Positions 34,119 through 38,961 of a stretch of DNA of 38,961 nt are shown piece after piece. Under the pieces are notes generated by a model. The model did not search any database, was not told where the DNA came from, and worked only from the letters and a program-made list of their open reading frames with translations. This DNA is from a virus (Duplodnaviria; Caudoviricetes), in the IMG/VR virus record IMGVR_UViG_3300020045_002893, positions 1-38,961 of that record; one strand, given 5' to 3'. Every line of letters begins with the position of its first letter. Position 1 is the stretch's first letter. The translations under genes and the position numbers were made by a program.

Positions 34119-34275
34119 TGAAAAAGTGGCCATCGCACGTTTGGAGGAACGCATGAAGGTTCAAGAGGCGGCAACGCAATCCATCATCGCCCGGCTGTGG
34201 GCGGTGGCCGCGATGATCTTCGCATTCGTGGCAAACCAGATCCTCGGGCTGATCGGCACGGGGGGCGGGCAATGA
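34108..34275 (+). CDS. small coiled-coil plus TM protein (XhlA/holin-like), 55 aa (not in the ORF track)
   Basis: MADDEKVAIARLEERMKVQEAATQSIIARLWAVAAMIFAFVANQILGLIG... Confidence 0.7.
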   Translation: MADDEKVAIARLEERMKVQEAATQSIIARLWAVAAMIFAFVANQILGLIGTGGGQ

Positions 34276-34403
34276 TCGGCGGGAACCTGATGTTTCGCGG
34301 CTTGGCGGCGCTGGCTATTTCGTGGCTGGTGGTGGATGCTATCGACAAGATCGCGCCGCACGAATTTCCGGCGGGCGCAGCGCAAGCGGGGTGGGCGGAG
34401 TGA
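34272..34403 (+). CDS. small single-TM protein
   Basis: MIGGNLMFRGLAALAISWLVV...; ATGA/GTGA-coupled on both sides. Confidence 0.55.
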   Translation: MIGGNLMFRGLAALAISWLVVDAIDKIAPHEFPAGAAQAGWAE

Positions 34404-34957
34404 ATATCAGCAAAGCGGCGATTGATCTAATCAAAGAGTTTGAGGGGTTCCGCGCCGAAGCGTACCAAGACCCTGTAGGCATCTGGACGATTGGCTATGG
34501 CACCACGGCGGCGGCTGGCGTTGGCATCGTGCCGCGCGCGGGCATGACGATCACCGAAGCGCAGGCCGAAGAATACCTGATGCGCGCCGTTGTGAAGTTC
34601 GCAGACCAGATCCGGCCCGTGGTGACGCAGCCCGCGAATGAAAACGAGTTCGGGGCCATGGTGTCGCTGGCCTATAACATCGGTCCGGGTGCGTTCAAAG
34701 GGTCAACCGTTCTGCGCAAGTTCAACACCGGTGACAAGATCGAGGCGGCGAATGCCTTCTTGATGTGGAACAAGGCTGGCGGCAAGGTTCTGCGGGGCTT
34801 GGAGCGGCGACGTGCAGCGGAACGCGCGCTGTTCCTCGCGCCGGTTTCCAGCATCGATCAACCAGCATTCAACAGCGGCGTTGACGCCGTTCTCGCGCCG
34901 TCTGGCTGGGCTAAATTCATCGCCGCGCTGCTGCGGCTTTTTGGGGGTGCCAAATGA
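34400..34957 (+). CDS. endolysin, GH24 lysozyme
   Basis: E-x8-D-x5-T triad in EGFRAEAYQDPVGIWTIGYG; WNKAGGKVLRGLERRRAAE. Confidence 0.96.
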   Translation: MNISKAAIDLIKEFEGFRAEAYQDPVGIWTIGYGTTAAAGVGIVPRAGMTITEAQAEEYLMRAVVKFADQIRPVVTQPANENEFGAMVSLAYNIGPGAFKGSTVLRKFNTGDKIEAANAFLMWNKAGGKVLRGLERRRAAERALFLAPVSSIDQPAFNSGVDAVLAPSGWAKFIAALLRLFGGAK

Positions 34958-35160
34958 AACTCGTTCCCGAATGGCGCGCGGCGTGGCGCTGGTTCTCGGT
35001 GCAATCCATGGGTGCCGCCGTGGCGATGCAGGGCGCATGGCTGGCGCTGTCGCCTGACCTGAAAGCCCGCGTGCCTGACAACTTGGTGGATGCGCTGACC
35101 ATCGGCGTTCTGGTGCTGGGCGTGGTCGGGCGGCTGGTGGATCAGGGGGGCAGCAAGTGA
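34954..35160 (+). CDS. putative holin
   Basis: MKLVPEWRAAWRWFSVQ...two TMs...GRLVDQ. Confidence 0.8.
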   Translation: MKLVPEWRAAWRWFSVQSMGAAVAMQGAWLALSPDLKARVPDNLVDALTIGVLVLGVVGRLVDQGGSK

Positions 35161-35227
35161 CGCAACCAAGCGGCAGTCAACTCACTTCAGAGCCGCCTAA
35201 GCCCGGCGCTGCGCACATGGTGCTGGC

Positions 35228-35476
35228 ATGATCGGCTGGCTTCTGACCGATGCGCTGCCGTGGATCATCGGCGGGGCTGGCGCGCTGCTGACGCTGGCGC
35301 TGGGCATCGGTGCCGTGCGCCGTGACGCCAAATCCGATCAACGCCAAGAAACCGCGCTTGAAGCCGCTGAGCGGATGGCCAAAACCCGTCAACGAATGGA
35401 TACCGCCGATGAAGCCCCTGTTGCTGATGATCCTGCCGTTCTGCGTGATTGGCTGCGCGCCCGTGGCGGTGAATGA
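35228..35476 (+). CDS. Rz-like inner-membrane spanin
   Basis: N-terminal TM followed by a helical periplasmic region; overlapped by a lipoprotein gene. Confidence 0.75.
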   Translation: MIGWLLTDALPWIIGGAGALLTLALGIGAVRRDAKSDQRQETALEAAERMAKTRQRMDTADEAPVADDPAVLRDWLRARGGE

Positions 35477-35609
35477 CGCCGCTATCTGCGATGGCACCGC
35501 AGCGGCCACCACAGCCCACGCACAGGCCCTTGCCGAAGATGGTGGCCCTGTGTCGCTGAAAACCGGCGTGCGGCTTGTGAGGCTTCTGGACGCCGGGTGC
35601 AATCGGTGA
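35409..35609 (+). CDS. Rz1-like outer-membrane spanin lipoprotein
   Basis: MKPLLLMILPFCVIG-C lipobox; two further Cys; overlaps the Rz-like gene. Confidence 0.8.
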   Translation: MKPLLLMILPFCVIGCAPVAVNDAAICDGTAAATTAHAQALAEDGGPVSLKTGVRLVRLLDAGCNR

Positions 35610-35668
35610 GGCGGCGCACCAAGACGGGGATACGCCGCCGCAGGATGTGGTTCAGGCGCGGGTGACGG

Positions 35669-35827
35669 TCACTTTTTCACAATGTTGTACATGAAAAGTG
35701 AGGTAATCATCTGGAACGATGCCCGGTCATACTGCCCTGCATGGTGCCAGAGGAAGGCAAGAATGCAGCCCCACACGATCAAGATCCAGAGAATGATATA
35801 GATGATAGGCGAATAAGCAAATTTCAC
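35669..35827 (-). CDS. small AT-rich membrane protein, 52 aa (not in the ORF track)
   Basis: MKFAYSPIIYIILWILIVWGCILAFLWHH...; AAGGAGATATA RBS; GTG start. Confidence 0.65.
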   Translation of the reverse strand: MKFAYSPIIYIILWILIVWGCILAFLWHHAGQYDRASFQMITSLFMYNIVKK

Positions 35828-35855
35828 ATTATATCTCCTTGTTGATATTGTTTGT

Positions 35856-35990
35856 TCAAGCTTTGACGTCCGGCACCCACTGAAACGCGGCCCATTCGCC
35901 GCACTTGGGGCACGTCACAGGCTGACCCGTGGCGCGCTTGCCCGTCCAGCCGCAGCACGCACAGGCGACGGGCGATTTGGGGGTGGTCAT
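35856..35990 (-). CDS. small zinc-ribbon protein, 44 aa (not in the ORF track)
   Basis: CACCGW...CPKCG; ATGA-coupled. Confidence 0.65.
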   Translation of the reverse strand: MTTPKSPVACACCGWTGKRATGQPVTCPKCGEWAAFQWVPDVKA

Positions 35991-36199
35991 AGCGCGCCCC
36001 ATTCGCAAAGGTCCATCCATTCGGGCGCGTGATAGCCGTTGCCGTCCAGGTAGTGCGGGATGATGCAGACGCCCAAGGTGCCCAGCGGGCTACGCTTTGC
36101 ATCACCGTTACCCTGCATCCATGCAATCACGGCCTTGATGTGGATGTGGCGAATGGTTGGCATGTCCCATATGCCGTCGAAGTGTTTGGTGGTGGTCAT
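35987..36199 (-). CDS. hypothetical protein
   Basis: ATGA-coupled on both sides. Confidence 0.65.
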   Translation of the reverse strand: MTTTKHFDGIWDMPTIRHIHIKAVIAWMQGNGDAKRSPLGTLGVCIIPHYLDGNGYHAPEWMDLCEWGAL

Positions 36200-36501
36200 T
36201 TCCGCCCGTCCACTTCTGCCGCAGCGATGCGGAACACCTCGCGGTATTCTTCCGAGATTGTGCCGATCAGTGGCGGTTCGTCGCCATACACCGTCTCGAT
36301 GAACTGGGGTGCCTGCCGAAGCGCAGCCTCCGCCCGGTCGGCCCGCGCTGTCTCTGCCGCGTGCGCCTCGTTGGCATAGGCCAGTTGCGCGCGCAGGGTC
36401 TGGATCTCCATTTCCGCAGCGTTCGCCGCGTTGCGCCAGTACTCCACCGCTGGCGTCCAGTTAGCCGCGCGCATGGCTTCGATGCGGGCTGTGTCGGTCA
36501 T
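36196..36501 (-). CDS. hypothetical coiled-coil protein
   Basis: ATGA-coupled to the ligase stop. Confidence 0.7.
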   Translation of the reverse strand: MTDTARIEAMRAANWTPAVEYWRNAANAAEMEIQTLRAQLAYANEAHAAETARADRAEAALRQAPQFIETVYGDEPPLIGTISEEYREVFRIAAAEVDGRK

Positions 36502-37205
36502 GCTGTCACCCATGTGTTCATCCGATACTCGGTGTTGCCGTGCAGGCCGGGCAGGTACTTGCCGTCGATTTTGTCATGCCTGACGAACTTGGCGATGAAC
36601 TCGAACGCGCCCCGGCGTTCAACGCGCCATACGCAACCCTCGATCAACTCCAACGCACCATGCGCGCCCAGATCACCGGCACGTTCCAAGGCATCGGCCA
36701 CGCTGATAGCCCCGCCGTCATGGATCAGGTTTGCCACCGTGAAGCCCCCGGCCAGCGCGACACGGCGCATTTCGTCGTACGGCTGGCGGTCCTTGCCCTT
36801 GATAAGATCGAACGGAACAAACGGATCATGCGGCAGGTCGTAAACGGTGCCGGTTGCCACATTCAGCCATTCGCCGCAGAGGCGTTCACCGGGCAGAAGG
36901 ATGTTTTCGAAGCGGCCCTTGTTCGCCTCAACCCACGGCGCGAACTCTTGCAGGTGCCAGTAGGGCGACGACTGGGCAAGGTACCCGGCGCGCGACAAGG
37001 CGACGATTTCGCCGCCGTCCAGCATTGCCACCGCCATGCAGGAACCATCCAGCTTTTCAGTCACGATAACACGGTCGTGCCGGTCGCGCGTCTTTTCGCA
37101 GCAAATGGCCTGCTGCCCTTCCGGCATGGCGTGATCGGCTGGCCCCATGCGGCTGAGCGGAAGGTGCCCGATGCTGCCGTATGCTTTCTGTCCCAGTGGC
37201 TTCAT
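36498..37205 (-). CDS. RNA ligase family nucleotidyltransferase (Rnl2-like adenylation domain)
   Basis: Motif I TEKLDGS, III LCGEW, IIIa FVPFDL, IV EGCVWR, V AKFVR. Confidence 0.85.
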   Translation of the reverse strand: MKPLGQKAYGSIGHLPLSRMGPADHAMPEGQQAICCEKTRDRHDRVIVTEKLDGSCMAVAMLDGGEIVALSRAGYLAQSSPYWHLQEFAPWVEANKGRFENILLPGERLCGEWLNVATGTVYDLPHDPFVPFDLIKGKDRQPYDEMRRVALAGGFTVANLIHDGGAISVADALERAGDLGAHGALELIEGCVWRVERRGAFEFIAKFVRHDKIDGKYLPGLHGNTEYRMNTWVTA

Positions 37206-37363
37206 TTTCTTTCTTCCTTCTTCGCTGCAAGCACCTGTTCCGCCTTCGCCAGCGCCGCGTTGCGCATCAACTGCGCCGTGCTGCACCGCTCCACCGCTGC
37301 CGCCTGGTCAAGCAGCGCAGCGTCGGCAGGGGTGCACGTGAACCATTTGCGCACGGGCTTCAT
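37202..37363 (-). CDS. RHH protein, DUF1778/TacA-like, 53 aa (not in the ORF track)
   Basis: MKPVRKWFTCTPADAALLDQAAAVERCSTAQLMRNAALAKAEQVL; coupled to the ligase start. Confidence 0.65.
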   Translation of the reverse strand: MKPVRKWFTCTPADAALLDQAAAVERCSTAQLMRNAALAKAEQVLAAKKEERK

Positions 37364-37587
37364 GCGGCACCCGTGGCTTTGGCAATGGCAGCGCGGGCGG
37401 CTTCAATGGCGCAGCTTGCGTGATACTCGCCCATATCAACCGGAACATGCCCGCAATCCATCGGGTCCGCGTGCCCTTCCATGTTATCGCCACAGCAGCA
37501 AAAGCCAGCCAAAGTGTTCGCCCGCTCCAACGAGGCAACGCAGGACTCCAGTGCAGAGATAAGATCCAGCGCCAAACTATCTTCCAT
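37360..37587 (-). CDS. hypothetical protein
   Basis: GGAGGT RBS; ARAAIAKATG C-terminus common in phage accessory proteins. Confidence 0.7.
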   Translation of the reverse strand: MEDSLALDLISALESCVASLERANTLAGFCCCGDNMEGHADPMDCGHVPVDMGEYHASCAIEAARAAIAKATGAA

Positions 37588-37647
37588 CGTGCAACCTCCA
37601 CATGCTTGCACCGCCACAATGCCGTCAGTGCGGCGGCACGTCAACCG

Positions 37648-37863
37648 TTATTCCAACGGCGCGCGGGGCAGGCTGATATGCACCATCGCGCCACCGGTCT
37701 GGTTGATCGCCTCGGTTTTCAGCGTCACCCGCCGCACCGCACGGTTGCCAGTGCAGTCAGGGCATCGGCAATACGGTTTGGTGTGCATGTGGTGCGCGCA
37801 GACCCCGGCGCGGTTGGTGCGGCTGAGCTTGGCTATGCAGCCGTTTATGGCGCAGCGGGTCAT
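37648..37863 (-). CDS. Cys/His-rich hypothetical protein
   Basis: GGAGG RBS; CAINGC...CAHH...CRCPDC. Confidence 0.65.
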   Translation of the reverse strand: MTRCAINGCIAKLSRTNRAGVCAHHMHTKPYCRCPDCTGNRAVRRVTLKTEAINQTGGAMVHISLPRAPLE

Positions 37864-38036
37864 GGGCGGCCTCCATAAACAGCTTGGGCGCATGCGATGC
37901 GAATTGCGCTGTCGTCCTCGTCAGGCCAAACGCAGCGATTATAGGCGGAATGCAAATCCGTGCCGTCAACGGATGGTTCGCTCTTGCAACCAGACAGCAG
38001 CAAGGCGGCGAAGATCACACATGCAGCCAGCTTCAC
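37860..38036 (-). CDS. small lipoprotein, 58 aa (not in the ORF track)
   Basis: MKLAACVIFAALLLSG-C lipobox; two more Cys; overlap-coupled on both sides. Confidence 0.75.
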   Translation of the reverse strand: MKLAACVIFAALLLSGCKSEPSVDGTDLHSAYNRCVWPDEDDSAIRIACAQAVYGGRP

Positions 38037-38341
38037 CGCACCCCCTCCACGCCAACCGCCACCGCATCATGCGCGGCGCGTTCCAGACCCGACACGATGA
38101 ACGCACCGGCCACCATCACGGCCAGCACCACCAGGAACGCCCGCAGCGCGTTCGCCCGCTGCTTCGGCAGCATCCCGCCCGTGCGCAGATCGGCGTAACG
38201 GGGCGTGACGCCAACGGATGCCAGTTCATCTCGGGTCAGCATCCGGCTGGTCGTTGTCGTGCCGTCCGCGCGCACGATTTCCGCATCTGGCGGGCCGTAT
38301 TGCAGGACGCTGCGGTTGTATTGCTGGTCAGGGGTCATCAC
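38033..38341 (-). CDS. membrane-anchored hypothetical protein
   Basis: C-terminal TM segment FLVVLAVMVAGAFIVSGL. Confidence 0.7.
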   Translation of the reverse strand: MMTPDQQYNRSVLQYGPPDAEIVRADGTTTTSRMLTRDELASVGVTPRYADLRTGGMLPKQRANALRAFLVVLAVMVAGAFIVSGLERAAHDAVAVGVEGVR

Positions 38342-38640
38342 AGCACCTCGCGGAGTTTGATGGTAAGAGGCGGCTGCGGCCGGTCAGCATCGGCGGGGTA
38401 GATAATCTGGCGCAACAGGTCGGCCCAGAACTCGCGCGGTTCGCGGTGTTCGCGCACGACGCGGAAGGCGACGATGCGGTTCCAGCGAGACGTATCTTTC
38501 AAATCCGTCAGCTTGCCAGCATGTCCTTTGCCAGCATAAGGCTGACCAGTATCGGCAACCCATTCAACCAAGCTTTGCGGATGCACCGGGCATTCGCCGC
38601 CGTTCCAGCCATGCCATTTGCCATCGTTGTAGTTGGTCAT
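38338..38640 (-). CDS. hypothetical phage protein
   Basis: WHGWNGGECPV...IVAFRVV..PREFW; GGAGAG RBS. Confidence 0.75.
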   Translation of the reverse strand: MTNYNDGKWHGWNGGECPVHPQSLVEWVADTGQPYAGKGHAGKLTDLKDTSRWNRIVAFRVVREHREPREFWADLLRQIIYPADADRPQPPLTIKLREVL

Positions 38641-38707
38641 TCTCTCTCTCCGTTGCTATCCGCGCGGCGTCGTGCCGCTGCAGCGATAAGGGCGTGGGCG
38701 GCGGGGG

Positions 38708-38950
38708 TCATGGCTTGTCAAGCATCGCATCGCGGCGGCGCTCATATTCATAATCGCCATCTGGCTCTGCGGAGCACGCGCTACACTCGACGCGCCCTGA
38801 CCCCTCGCAGGCAGGGCATTCGGTTCCGCAGTCGTCCACTTCGCCCTTGATGTTGAGCATCTCGCGCAGGTGGGCCATTTCCTCGGCCAGTTCTGCGGCA
38901 TGGCGATCAGCGCCACATACCCAATCGGCAAAGCGTGTGATGATGGTCAT
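38708..38950 (-). CDS. hypothetical protein with a DnaJ-type Cys motif; N-terminus shared with 111-392
   Basis: GAGG RBS; CPACEGSG...CSAC. Confidence 0.65.
   Translation of the reverse strand: MTIITRFADWVCGADRHAAELAEEMAHLREMLNIKGEVDDCGTECPACEGSGRVECSACSAEPDGDYEYERRRDAMLDKP
38841..38950 (-). repeat. 110-bp inverted repeat, copy 2
   Basis: Reverse complement of 111-220 with 5 mismatches. Confidence 0.95.
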
Positions 38951-38961
38951 GCGGTTTCCTC

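Noticed and set aside
36540-38401. Long + strand ORFs (340 and 306 aa)
   Set aside because: They are antisense to a tightly coupled - strand operon with good RBSs and have no motifs.
1-38961. Gene transfer agent or integrated prophage
   Set aside because: Replication, recombination and accessory modules argue against a GTA. No host genes, integrase or att site is visible within the window.

Overview
This window looks like most of a roughly 39-40 kb GC-rich tailed-phage (siphovirus) genome. The host is probably an alphaproteobacterium, inferred from a GapR homologue, a DnaA-type HTH and GTA-like tail genes. Layout: (1) 1-2490 (+) small genes and two DNA methyltransferases; (2) 2594-5897 (-) recombination operon (Rad52-like SSAP, SSB, GapR, SLOG); (3) a divergent promoter with a Cro-like HTH, then 5983-12229 (+) replication and accessory genes; (4) a self-contained ParB-like/RHH cassette; (5) 13004-32323 (+) packaging, HK97-type head and non-contractile tail ending in an SGNH-esterase spike; (6) an HNH endonuclease, an antisense two-tRNA cassette and a lysis module; (7) 35669-38950 (-) accessory genes including an RNA ligase. 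No integrase, CI repressor, polymerase, CRISPR array or reverse transcriptase is visible. The most notable signals are a C5 methyltransferase apparently split over two nested reading frames, a possible tRNA-protection set (RNA ligase, TacA-like RHH protein, variant initiator tRNA, structured RNA), small genes flanked by duplicated gene junctions, a domain inserted into the tail-tip Cys motif, and a 110-bp inverted repeat shared by two genes at the window ends. All calls come from reading motifs by eye; no database searches were run.
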